The notes under the pieces are model-generated. The model was given only the letters and a program-made list of their open reading frames with translations, was not told the DNA's origin and ran no database searches. Both the position numbers and the translations under genes were made by a program. A stretch of 64,000 bases of DNA from Phoronis australis (taxonomy: Eukaryota > Animalia > Phoronida). The DNA lies in the NCBI GenBank assembly GCA_002633005.1, contig NMRA01000545.1:224460-288459 (forward strand). The letters run 5' to 3'. The first letter of the stretch is position 1, and every line of letters begins with the position of its first letter. Shown here one piece after another: positions 1-12,800 of this stretch.

Positions 1-740
1 TTATGCAAAAAAGATTTGCACATAAGAGGACAAGAAAGCGTGCACTGTTTACCAGCGAAGTCCTCGGCACATTAAAGGCTTGATCGCGTCATCACGGATT
101 GAAGTGAGTGAGTCACTATTTATGGACCAGGTCAAATATGTATCGACGGAGATAATTGTGGTCGTAAACCAACATACCTATTTAGCATACAAGTTTCAAA
201 GTCAAAAAACGGACAATAAGTAAGGCAAACAAGTGTTTTTAAAATTGAAAAGTAAACAGCAGCCATCTTTGAATTTTTAAAACTGATATATTGTAAGAGA
301 AATTAGCGAATAGGTTTTCTTCGACATCACAGCTAAGCCACGGGCACTAATTTGTGAATAGAATAGGACGGGTTAGTCACACTCTGGCTTAGGCTAACTT
401 AGGCATTGGGGTGACAAAACCTCAAATATAAGAGTTGCCTCATGGAACGGGGTATTTGTTTTACTTCATAATAGTGCTAGTATTTTACAGTGCACCTCAT
501 TACTTTACCCAGTAGCCAAATACAATCAAATCATTTGGTGCAGGTGCAGGCTCCCCAGCTACTGGATTGATCTCAGCCATCAGAGCGCCAGTCATTGCAG
601 ACAAACCTTTGCAGGTGCAGGGCATAGTATTTTTGGTGCAGCCATTGGTTGCGCAGGATTTTTCGATATCACCATTGAATTATTTCCACCCCTTGCACAA
701 CTTAAGTCAAGACAACAGTAACCACTTGACTGTAACCCAC

Positions 741-862
741 CTTGCCTTCATCAAACAGAGTGTTATCACCATCTTCAACGGGAGGTTTCCGTGCCGACAG
801 ACCTTTAGATGAGACCACAGCCTTATAGATGTTGGTGCTAGGCTTGACGGGCTCTTTTGACT
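741..862 (-). CDS. GPBP1: GPBP1-like coding exon 7 (ESKEPVKPSTNIYKAVV...FDEGK)
   Basis: Acceptor ATTCAG, donor AAG|GTGGGT; 122 nt, phase 1 to 0. Confidence 0.7.
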
Positions 863-3800
863 CTGAATTATAGACAAAAAGTCATTAAACCATGCTAGGC
901 CTGCGTACACAACTGAACATGTAGTACACAAGGCCAGTATTCACAACTGAACATGTAGTACACAAGGCCAGTATTCACAACTGAACATGTAGTACACAAG
1001 GCAAGTATTCACAACTGAACATGTAGTACACAAGGCAAGTATTAACAACTGAACATGTAGTACACAAGGCCAGTATTCACAACTGAACATGTAGTACACA
1101 AGGCCAGTATTCACAACTGAACATGTAGTACACAAGGCAAGTATTCACAACTGAACATGTAGTACACAAGGCAAGTATTCACAACTGAACACGTAGTACA
1201 CAAGGCCAGGAAACAAAAGCAACAAGATGACAAACAGATCACCATCGGCGAGTATTACGACAAAAAGAATTAAGATATTCTTCACACCAGCCAATGTAAC
1301 ATGAATTACGTTTTTAAAGTGAGCACATATAACAGACTGACAAGAAGTAGTTTTCAGTGATTTATCAAACAAATCAACACAAATTGTTGATAAAGGGTCT
1401 TTGCACTCATCTCTGTTAATGTAATTTATCAGACTCATCAAACAATGGAGCCACTATGGTCAGGAGTGGTTAATGAAGGTTACTGAAATACAACCTCAAC
1501 ACATCGAGCAATAATGCGAATCAACAGAAGCTGCTGGAATCAGAGAAAGTCCACAACATTGAGATGCACTAGCATAGCAGGAGTATATCACGCAACGCTT
1601 GTTTACCTTGTTGACTTGACGACTCTGCTGGTGGACTAACTGAGCCTTGGTGACACAACACTTTGTTGTTGGGTTTGTCTGAAAGGGCCACAGCATTTTG
1701 GTTAAAACAAGACGCCTCAAACAGTGACAGCTAAAGGTGCTTCCAGACAGCGAGCAGCGTTGTGAGGCAATGACATGCAGTGCTAGTCAATCTACCATTG
1801 ACACAACTAGCTAGAATTGCGAGTTGTAAGAAACACTTCATAATGCACAGGTAAGCAATGGTGGTATTCTGATGCCAATAGTAGACGGTGAACATGAGCT
1901 AGTAATAAATAGGCAATATTGTACATACCCCACACTCCACTAACACTAGTGGTTTTCCCAGGAGGTCCTGTGGTGTCACTGGAGGTCCCATTACCCAGGG
2001 ATGGCTACAAAAATACACACCAAGGTAATGAATGTACAGCAGTACTTTAACACACGGGGAATTCAAATTATTTTAACTTTTAACTCCCCAATGTTGAGTT
2101 TTCCTGCGTTCAAAGAGTGCAGGGAAGTAGTAACCAGAAGGAACAAAACAAAGTCGACTCAAAGAACACAACTTGCACACGTCTTATAAAAACTCAGTTG
2201 ACAGTTGAATGTAAACTTTTACTGTGGGGAGTATGCTGGCTTGGGCAGAATATGGAAAGAGGTATGCTGGAGACAATTTATGGTAGGTCTTGTGAACAGG
2301 TTATTAACTATATGTAATCAAGGCATATTTTTTATGACGACATAGAAAACAAGAGCAACACAGAGCGTTGAAATGTGCCCACGACTACACCGCAAACGGT
2401 GTGCGTCTAGGGGTGTTTATTTGTATCATAAAACTTAGTAAATATCCTGCAGAGGGTTCGGGAGATACACCCATACACGCAAAAAAAACTGCCACTAGAA
2501 GGTGCCACAGAAGCCCAGGTCGTCTGAAAATCTTCATCAGCTGGCCCTTCACAGTAGAAACATAAACGCCAATTTTAAAAATCATCCCCAGTGTTTGGTT
2601 GATAGAGGGGCAGACGGCAAAAAACGACTAGAAAACAGTAAAAATGAACACTTGATGGTGCAACATATGTCATATCCATCCGAAAACAAAAAATGACACC
2701 GTTTTTTTAATAAAAAAACTATTTACCAAAAGTCATAAAAATTCACCAAGGAACTTCGGAGAAACAGAGGAAAACGGAAAAAAATGAAATTACCACTAAG
2801 GGGCACACCGTTTGTCGGATCCGTCTGAAAGTCGTCATCTTCTTTTGTCAACTTTGTATCACTACACTTGCTAAATTCAACAAAGATCCTGCAGAGGGTT
2901 TAGGAGATACAGCCATGGGCACAAAAACAAACAAAACTACAACTAGGAGGCACCACAGTAGTCAGAGTCATCAGAAAATCATCGTCAGCAACCCCTTCAC
3001 AGTAAGAACATATACGCCTGTTTTCACTGTCATCCTTAGAGTGGTTTGCTTGATAGAGGGGCGGACACCAAAATACAGACTCGAAAACAGTAAAAATGGC
3101 CACTACGTGGCGCAAAATATCTTGAATCCATCTGAAAACGGGAGGATAGCGTTATCTCACGTATAGATGCCAATCAGCCAAATTTTTTGAAAATCCATTG
3201 AGGAACTCCAAAGATACAGAGGCAAACGTAAAACACTGCAATTGCCACTAGGGGGCAGACCAGTAAACAAATAGGACCAAAAATCTTTGCCATCTGTCGT
3301 AAGCTTAATATGGACACATCTGCCAAATCTCATCAAGATCCTATGAGGGGTTTAGGAGACACAGCTGCAGACGCTAGAAGCCATGCACATGACGCCCAGA
3401 CAGAGATGACGGCAATATGCACCCACACATAAATATGTGGGCGCATAAAAACATGGGTTAGTGCAACTGAATCAGTTTAATGGACCATAGGGTGATAGTC
3501 TTAAGGTTATAATCAACTATGCACAATAACTAAGGCGTGAACATGCAGGTGCATAAAAAAGACACAACATAACATAAACCAAGTGTTGTGTGCAGCAGAC
3601 TACCGTACCACCAACCAACACATCAAGGCACACGGCAGTATTGGACCAATATACCTTCGTAAGCTGCTAAAGTCTGTTTCACAAGTAGTGGACTTACAAA
3701 CTCTGAGTTGAAGCTATCTCTGCTATTCCTGCGCTGTTTGTCATTTCTCTGATTCTTTAGTCCTTCCTTGGTGTGATGTGGACGAGTGTTGGTGAAATAC

Positions 3801-6800
3801 GGAGGATCAGCAAAATCGTATGGGTAACCATATGCATAGTAGAATGGCTAAAAAGAAGATGACAAGCAGGTTTCATTACATGCAACTGGAGACTTAAGAT
3901 AGCAATTTTGTCTTATGCTCCAAACTATTTTTGAAAAATACTTAGGGCTGTTCCAGCAAAATCAGTATGGGAGGGGGGGGAAGGCACTTTTATTTCGTAC
4001 CCACCGCCCATATGTTTCATTTATTTCTCCAACCCATGACCCATAATTTTTTAATTATTTTTAATAGGTTAAAATATAAAATCCAACACTTGCAAACAAA
4101 TTGCCTCCAGGAGGACCTGTTGAGAACTTAAATGATTGACAGACAAGAACTAGTTGTCTTGTCCAATATTGTCAAAAACTAAAGTAGCCTGTGAGCAATA
4201 CTTTTGGCAGCCACCAGGTGTCTCTGTTCACCATGTGTCTAAAATTTCAATGAACATTTTTTCAATTATAAGGATCTATGAATCTCAAACTGTCTCCACG
4301 AACTCTTTTATACTTCTATGTCAAGTGAATATTGGAACTTGTTTAGCTTACTCCTCATACTTTTTATTTAAAAATCATCAATTTTATTATATGTGTTAAA
4401 ACCAGTTTAGTGTTGCATAACTTCAATTCAATAGGACTGCAGACAAACAGTTGACTCAAATCAAGTTGCCCATGACTTGTTTAATGGCTTAGTGAACATA
4501 TTGCACTCTGTTCACTGGCAATATGGGCTCTTTTTTATTGGGATCAACATTAACAGGTCAAAAAATACCACCTATTTTTAATGCATCACTTCTTACAGGA
4601 ACGACCACCCATAATTAGAGTTTTTTTCTGAAGACCACCACCCATGAATTTTTATTTCTGCTGCCGTCCCCCCCCTCCCACACGGATTTTACTGGAACAG
4701 CCCTTAAATATCCCTCAGGTAAAAAGGCAAATTATCTGAAAACTTAAAACAAAACTTGTAGTTACTAAAATAACTTCTAGAAATTATTTATAGACTGTCA
4801 TGATCTCATAGTTACTTGCTTATAGATTTTTTCAGCAATTGTGAAGTGAAAGCCAAAGACCAAATTTCTGTCTCGAGTCTTAAGCCAATTTCATGAAACG
4901 GATTCATGATTAAGCAAAAACAAGCAGTGGTCTCACACAACACTTTTCAACCAAATAAAATAGCATAATGTTACTCCAACATAACCTTGGGTCAAAATCA
5001 CCAACTAATTTTTTTTGTGGTTCGACTAAAAAGCATTTTTGATTCTGGTCGGTGGTTATTATGAAAATTGATGCAGTATTTCTAGCTGCTCATTTCTCAA
5101 AATGAAAGTTACTTGATATAAGCTAAAAATGTGCGGGAATGGTTTCTACGCGGTTGGCTGAACTGATGTCCACTGCGAGGGATTAGGGCAGGATGTGACT
5201 GCCCATACAGCTGCCAACAACAAAGGGTCAAAGGGTCACCATTCTTCAATACCATGATTACTTGGTTTCAAAACTTCAAACAGGCACGGTGAGGTCAAGT
5301 GAAACAGACTGACTGCGTCCAAAGCAATGATTGGCTAACAATGCTTTGATCCAATTACTGAGAAACTGCTTATGTCATGTACTCTCTGCGTGCTGCAAAC
5401 TCTTTTTCCAGATGTATGCTAACAGAAATTTTTAACATAAAAACATCGTCCCGCCAAATGTTTCAGGGGCACACGGGGACAATAAACATGTTATCTTTTT
5501 ATCTCGTCTTCTGCGCTACTTTAGAGTAACTGCTAAGGAATTGACGCATTCTGAATGCACATCACCAAGGCAACACCGTTTGAATGAAGAACATGCGTTA
5601 CTCCTCTCAACCAGGTCACTCAAACTCCATCAGATAATGCATATACACACCAAGTCTAGCTCGTCTCAGTCACAGTGTGGAACCAGATACCTTGAAAGGT
5701 ATGAAGAAATGCAAAGACAATGATCCATGCATTATGTTGCACGGAATCTCTCAATGTGTGAAAAGCAATTTTTCTTGGCAGGATAGAAATTTTCACTACT
5801 ATAAAACTATCTGAACAGGTGCCAACATGTGCCTAATAAACAATTTTTGAACAAGGCTCGGAAGCAAGTTTATCCGCTATGCTAACACGAAACGCACGCT
5901 TATAATTAAAAAACCTAACTTTGGTCAGGGGAACTTGATTTTCTGACTCAGTTGACCAGCAGGCGATCGGGCTTTAGAGGCCTAGGTATATCCCTGTTTA
6001 AGACAGCAATTACAGTCAACAAGTCACTGCAATAAAAACTTGACATGACTGCATTTGTGAGGCTTTTCGAAAAAGGGCAAAACCTTTCTGCGTTTCTAAG
6101 TAGCAACCAGCAGCTTCAAAACTGATACAGACCAGAACCAAACATGCTTTTGGCTGAGCAGAAAAAACAAAAAATTAAGGTTATTCTGTGTCCCTTGACC
6201 TCGTGAGCAATGACAATTTTACTACATAGACAATATACTTTTGACACATATCATTCTTCTTAAAACATTAACAAAGATATGGAAAAAGTCCTGTATTGTG
6301 GATACGAGTTCTGGGGAAACTGTAAAAAAAGAAAATTGGTGTAATAAGCTGTGATTTTTTGTCCAAAATATAACTGATGTTCGAATGAGAAAACAGTAAT
6401 GATTACTTGCTTAAATACTGTACTTGAGCAGACAAGACACTAAATAAAGACATGTTCTGTAAAGACCAACACACTGACCTCAGTTTTTGGACAGTGTTTT
6501 ACTCACATCGTGAGGAGGTCTAGCATTTGGGTGATGATATTTGTTGCCTCTTCTGAATGGTGGATATGCAGGATACGCCTGGTAACCGTAATAGTCATCA
6601 TAGTAACCATAGTAGTAGTCATCGTAGTAACCATCTAAAGAGTGGTGTCTATACTTGTGGGAATTGGGTCGAGAATCTGAAAACAAATAAGACATAATAA
6701 TTAAGCAAATCAGGTGAACGTATTAAAGCAATGCTGAGCATTGATATGCAACCAACATGTGCATCACATCACATATAGCACAGGTACAAGGGATGATCAA

Positions 6801-9800
6801 TATTTTAAACATTACCACTAGTTGGACTGGTACCAGTAAACTTAAAAGGAGGCTCTAGGGGGCGCATTGCAAGCAGGGACTCATCTAGGATTTGAAAATT
6901 GGGGGTCCAAATTCGTGAGAATTACGAGTCGTGCAAAGCGCAAATCTGAGGCGCTGATGGGGGGAGGGGGGTAGGGGCGAGGGAGGGGTAGGGGGGAGGG
7001 AGGGGTGGGGGGAAGTTAGGGGGAGGGGGGGAAGTTGGAGGGGAGGTGGGNNNNNNNNNNNNNNNNNNNNNNNNNNNNNNNNNNNNNNNNNNNNNNNNNN
7101 NNNNNNNNCCACCCGGTGAGGAAAAAATTGTTACATAAAAAAGGTCATTTCCTTGCATTTTATTTAGCACACTGTTTGGAGGTCTTTTTCTTGTTCAAAG
7201 GACGGCACATAGGGAAACTAAACAAAAATTAGGAGGTTTGTTCCATTCAGGATGTGTGTATTGTCACTAGGCTGCAAAAATCAAGATCTGTAAATCTTTT
7301 TAGTAAGATAATCTATGTAGAGTTGCATGATAGACAGCATGAGTACAGGACTCAAATGTATCTTGAAGCTCTCAAAAGAGAAGAGTAAAATGCAGTTGAG
7401 AAACCACTTAAAATTGTGAGAAGAAAATGAAGTTGCATTCGAAAGGACATGAAGAAATATATTCTAGAGTACATGTCTACGTTTCGTTACATCACACAGT
7501 AATGCAATTCACGAATCTACAAAAACAAGACCATATCCTCATCAAATTCACAAATCAGTATCAACAGTGCTCAACACGGTCGAAAATCTACGCTGGAAAA
7601 TAGGAGTGACAGCGTATGTGCACTCGCGCGTGTATACCCTGACTTTAATTGGCTACATAAAGGATCGTGACCAAAACAAAACGTCGAAACTCCGTGTTTG
7701 AATTTGGCATTCATATTTTTACGTTTCTTCAACGTTTTTCCGAGCGCTTTACTCGTAAATTTCACGTCGTTTGGCTACGAGCGTAGCCAGTGGTCGCCGG
7801 GGACATCGTAGTTGTTACGTCTTCTGCAATGCATTTTAAGTGGACGCTTTGTTGAATTGAAACTTACCAGGTTGAAAGTCAATCACTGACTTTCATAGTA
7901 CGCTACAAGAAATTTATTCTTAAAAAGACCCATTCTTTTCTCGCTGTTTAAGAGTCAAATCCCTGGCCTGATTCACAGCCGAAGCAACAGGTGCTGTGCA
8001 CGTGACTGGCTGACCTACTTTTTTTCCATATACGGCACGCAGTGCCACACACAGAGGATAAACTCGAATCGCCCAATAATCATGGAATTCCACAATAAGA
8101 TGAAGTATTTCGAGGAATTTATTTTCATGCTAAGTTATTCATTGAATACGTAACCAACATTACACACCACATTTTTTGCACTGTATTCTAGCGCATCAAT
8201 ATAAGTCGTTCGGCAGTGCGAATTTTTTTGAAGTTTTTCATTCATTCGTTCGAGTTGCAACGGAGCTATGCGAACAAATTAAGGAAATTTGCGCTAAGTT
8301 TTATCTGGTTTGCATGTTCAACGACATTGATGGCATTTGTACGCCAGGTCAGTAATAGAATTTTGTTGGGTATCATTTTTTTCGAAGTGTACGTTCTCCG
8401 TCGGCTATTTCAAATTGGCTGCTCCGTCGAATATATCGAGTGCCGCTTCAACTTCCACGTCGGCAACTAGCATTAGGGGTACGGCAAATCCTTTAACTTC
8501 GGGTGTGGGTTCTTCAATTTCAAAGATTAAGTGTCCATGTACGGGTAGTTAGCGCTGGATGCAATATTTCTCAACACTAGTCGTGCGGGGGATTCCGTAT
8601 GAAGTCACCTTGACGTCACAGAATAGGAAGGTATTCCCCAAAGATGGCTGCCAGTATTTGCCGATCGTCATTGTGACACTTTCAGTAAAAATAGACAGCA
8701 AAAGTTTCTAATGTAGAGTTATTTCATAATATTCAGCAAACTTAAACAATGAATTGTAGGTTTCAATGAAATTTATTAATAATAAATGTTAAAATTCTTC
8801 GTTTAGCCTTCATTTTCGCCGAGGTTTTTTTGAACAGGCCGTCTTTTTTCCATCTGGGCCGTGCCGTCCAAAGCCGTTATTTTTTTAAAAGGGCCGTCCC
8901 CAGGACGGCCAGGATAGCCGCTAGATGAGTCCCTGATTGCAAGTCAGCAATGCTCCCCTGACTGGGAAGAAACCTACCACCTTTCATCATGATTCTTCCA
9001 GTAGTTTGGCTCATAGGATGGTCGATGACAAACGAGCACAAAAATAATAACAAGAGCAACGCGGAGCGTTGAAATGCGCCCACAATTGCACCGCATACGG
9101 TATCCTTCTAGGGTTGTTTATTGGTACCACAAAGTGGCCAGTAGAGGGCATACTTTGCAAAATGGAAAGGCATGGTCATTGTCTCCTCAATAGGCTAGGG
9201 GCAAAATGTGAGTAATCTTCATAATACAAGCACATCCTATACACCAGTTGCTTAAAGCACCACAGAAACATAGAATTAAAAACAAATTTACCAACATACG
9301 AGATTAGCACAGCATTAGAATGCCAGAAACAAATTTCTACTTGGAACTTTTNNNNNNNNNNNNNNNNNNNNNNNNNNNNNNNNNNNNNNNNNNNNNNNNN
9401 NNNNNNNNNNNNNNNNNNNNNNNNNNNNNNNNNNNNNNNNNNNNNNNNNNNNNNNNNNNNNNNNNNNNNNNNNNNNNNNNNNNNNNNNNNNNNNNNNNNN
9501 NNNNNNNNNNNNNNNNNNNNNNNNNNNNNNNNNNNNNNNNNNNNNNNNNNNNNNNNNNNNNNNNNNNNNNNNNNNNNNNNNNNNNNNNNNNNNNNNNNNN
9601 NNNNNNNNNNNNNNNNNNNNNNNNNNNNNNNNNNNNNNNNNNNNNNNNNNNNNNNNNNNNNNNNNNNNNNNNNNNNNNNNNNNNNNNNNNNNNNNNNNNN
9701 NNNNNNNNNNNNNNNNNNNNNNNNNNNNNNNNNNNNNNNNNNNNNNNNNNNNNNNNNNNNNNNNNNNNNNNNNNNNNNNNNNNNNNNNNNNNNNNNNNNN

Positions 9801-12800
9801 NNNNNNNNNNNNNNNNNNNNNNNNNNNNNNNNNNNNNNNNNNNNNNNNNNNNNNNNNNNNNNNNNNNNNNNNNNNNNNNNNNNNNNNNNNNNNNNNNNNN
9901 NNNNNNNNNNNNNNNNNNNNNNNNNNNNNNNNNNNNNNNNNNNNNNNNNNNNNNNNNNNNNNNNNNNNNNNNNNNNNNNNNNNNNNNNNNNNNNNNNNNN
10001 NNNNNNNNNNNNNNNNNNNNNNNNNNNNNNNNNNNNNNNNNNNNNNNNNNNNNNNNNNNNNNNNNNNNNNNNNNNNNNNNNNNNNNNNNNNNNNNNNNNN
10101 NNNNNNNNNNNNNNNNNNNNNNNNNNNNNNNNNNNNNNNNNNNNNNNNNNNNNNNNNNNNNNNNNNNNNNNNNNNNNNNNNNNNNNNNNNNNNNNNNNNN
10201 NNNNNNNNNNNNNNNNNNNNNNNNNNNNNNNNNNNNNNNNNNNNNNNNNNNNCGGACGCCAGACGCCGGACGGACGCCGCCCGGACGGACGTACGGACGG
10301 AGATGACGGCATAATGCGTCCACATATAAATATGTGGGCGCATAAAAAGGCCACTAAAAGGGCAGCATAGGTCAAATCCGTCTGAAACAGGGTGGATGAA
10401 GTTGTATCCGAGATAGTTACTTATTTGCCAAATTTCAGACATTTACATTAAGAACTTGAGAGATATAAAGGGAAATGCATAAAAAATGCTACTAGGGGTC
10501 GTAGGGGATTTCATAGTAGTCAGATTTGTCCTAAAATTTACGCCAGTTGTACTCTTCTCAATAGGAACATATATGAAGAGCCATCAATACTGAGATAATG
10601 CATCAATGGCCAAAAATTACTGATAAGAGGTGCCAGGGCAGTCTGACTTGTCCAAAATTATTAGCAGCTGACCTTCCCAGCAGGAATACATATGACAGTT
10701 TTCATGATCCTTCAAGCAGTTTGACCAATAGAGGCGCACATGCTAAAAGCTGACTCCAGAATAAAACAAATGGCCCCCAGATGGCATACAATAACTCAAA
10801 TTCTTCCAAAAATGAGAAAGTGCCATAGTCTCCATTTTAAACTTTTAGTCCAAATTTCATGAAAATCTGCCAAAGAACTCGGAAGATACAGAAGAAAACA
10901 CAAAACATGAAATTGCTACTAGGGGGCACAGTGGTAGTCCGATGCGTTCGAAATCCGTCGTCATTTGTTTTTATGTTCAAAGGAATATACAAATCAAATT
11001 TCACAATGACCCTTAAGGGGTTTGATAAATGCAGCCATGGATGTTTTGGAACACAGAACAAGTCTAGTCAAATCCCACATCCGAAAATCAACGCTCTCCA
11101 CTTGCAGAAATAGAAAAATGCATTGTACAGTTGACCTAGTTTTGAAATTTAAAGCTGCTAAAAACCTTCTAATTTGATTCCGGCAAGTGAAGAACCTTTT
11201 TTGTCGTGCCTCACTAAGCTTTTCAATTCTTTATGTCTACATTACAACTCAGTAGTAAAACTAATTATCTCAGAATGATAAATGACAAACTAATTAATTA
11301 CACAGTAAAATAATGAATAGCAAAGTAGCAGTGTGCCCCACAAATGCGCAACATTGAGAGTAAACACCACAAAATCACAGAGGGCGCAGTAGTATAGTGA
11401 GCCTCAAAATGCAAAGTCTTTTGAGTGAAAGATTCTTAACACAAAGATTATTTGTTCATGTAGAAGTCAATTTTCACCACCTGAAATGCAAATTATGAAC
11501 CACCTTACATGTCCACAACTTAGCTTTGGTCAACAGACAACTATCCCAGAATGCATTTGAAAGAAGACAACAGCACAGTAGATGAAATCCTTCAAATTGT
11601 TTGACTTCGCACCCAAATACACACGTGAACAAGGCAATGCATTAAACATAACACCACCCAGACTTCCAAAACAGTTTTACAACTAAATGCTTTTTACTTA
11701 GATAATTAAACATTCACCGGTTAAACACAGAAACACACTTTAAACATAATACGTTTGGAGAAGTCTAAGCTATCAAAATCAGACTTACAGCGGTTAGGTA
11801 CAACTTTCATGCAGAAAAACTTTCAAGGGTTAGTACCTAGTATTTTAAAGATATCTGCAGAAGAAATGCAATGATTTTAAGCAATTTTAAAATTGAGTGT
11901 TTGATCTCGGGTCATTTCACACAGGCCTAGAAGGCCAGTCTTCACATTACACCCAGTTTCAGATGATCAATTCTACAAAAGCCCATCAGCCCTAAACAAT
12001 ATACAAATGCAGTGACAGACGGCAAACTTGTGTTTAAACCTCTCAAAACATACACCATTCCTTTACCTACCGTCATAACGATAGTCAAACGAGCGCTGAC
12101 GCTGTATTCCTCTGTAGCTGTTATCAACGTGTCTCCCACTGTGCTTTTCATTAGAAGAGCTAGTTCCCTTCTGAAATGGCATCTATATTTCACATGTAAC
12201 AAGTAAATGCAGAAACAAGAAGTTGAAATGAGAAAAAGAATCGTTTTTGATGTTCCTTTTAGTAACAAAAGCAGCGTTAAGTGCTAAACTGCATCATTGA
12301 AATGCTTCTATGGGTGCCTAATAGCATCATATAAACGCCCACTTGGTGTCACAGAATACGTCGAGCCTGTCCAAAAATGGAAAGGTGTCATCATCTCCTT
12401 AACAGAAACCGTTTTGCCCAATATCATGAAAATGTGCCTAGGAACTCCAAAGACAGAGAGGCAAATAAACTTCCCACTACAAGTCACAGCAGTAGTCAGA
12501 TCTGTTTGAACACCGTGCCATCTCTTGCCACGTTCATAAAAAACAGACAAGCCAAATTTCCCAAAAAAAACTTCAAGAAGCTTAGAAGATACGATGGGTG
12601 ATGTAACAAAACGAATAAAACCGCCACTGGGGTGCACCTCAGCAGACGGATTCATCTGTCAGTTGCACAGTTATCAGTACTTAGGAAGGAAAACATCTGC
12701 CAATTTCTTTAATGATCCTTTGAACAGCTTCCCAGATAGAGAGACTGATCATATGCCACAAACTGACTAAAAAATAATAAAACAATGGTCACTAGGTAGT

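Noticed and set aside
908-1208. CRISPR-like regular 34-bp repeats (also the 36-, 54- and 77-bp arrays)
   Set aside because: Units are contiguous with no unique spacers, there are no cas genes and the context is eukaryotic; they are ordinary minisatellites.
8877-9083. Signal-peptide-like ORF (MGAFQRSALLLLLFLC)
   Set aside because: It is a chimera of a HINE 3' end, flank and the hAT terminus.
9176-10442. Long 328-399-aa ORFs in the track
   Set aside because: They run through the 900-N gap and are artefacts; the same applies to ORFs at 6885-7232 and 27809-28099.
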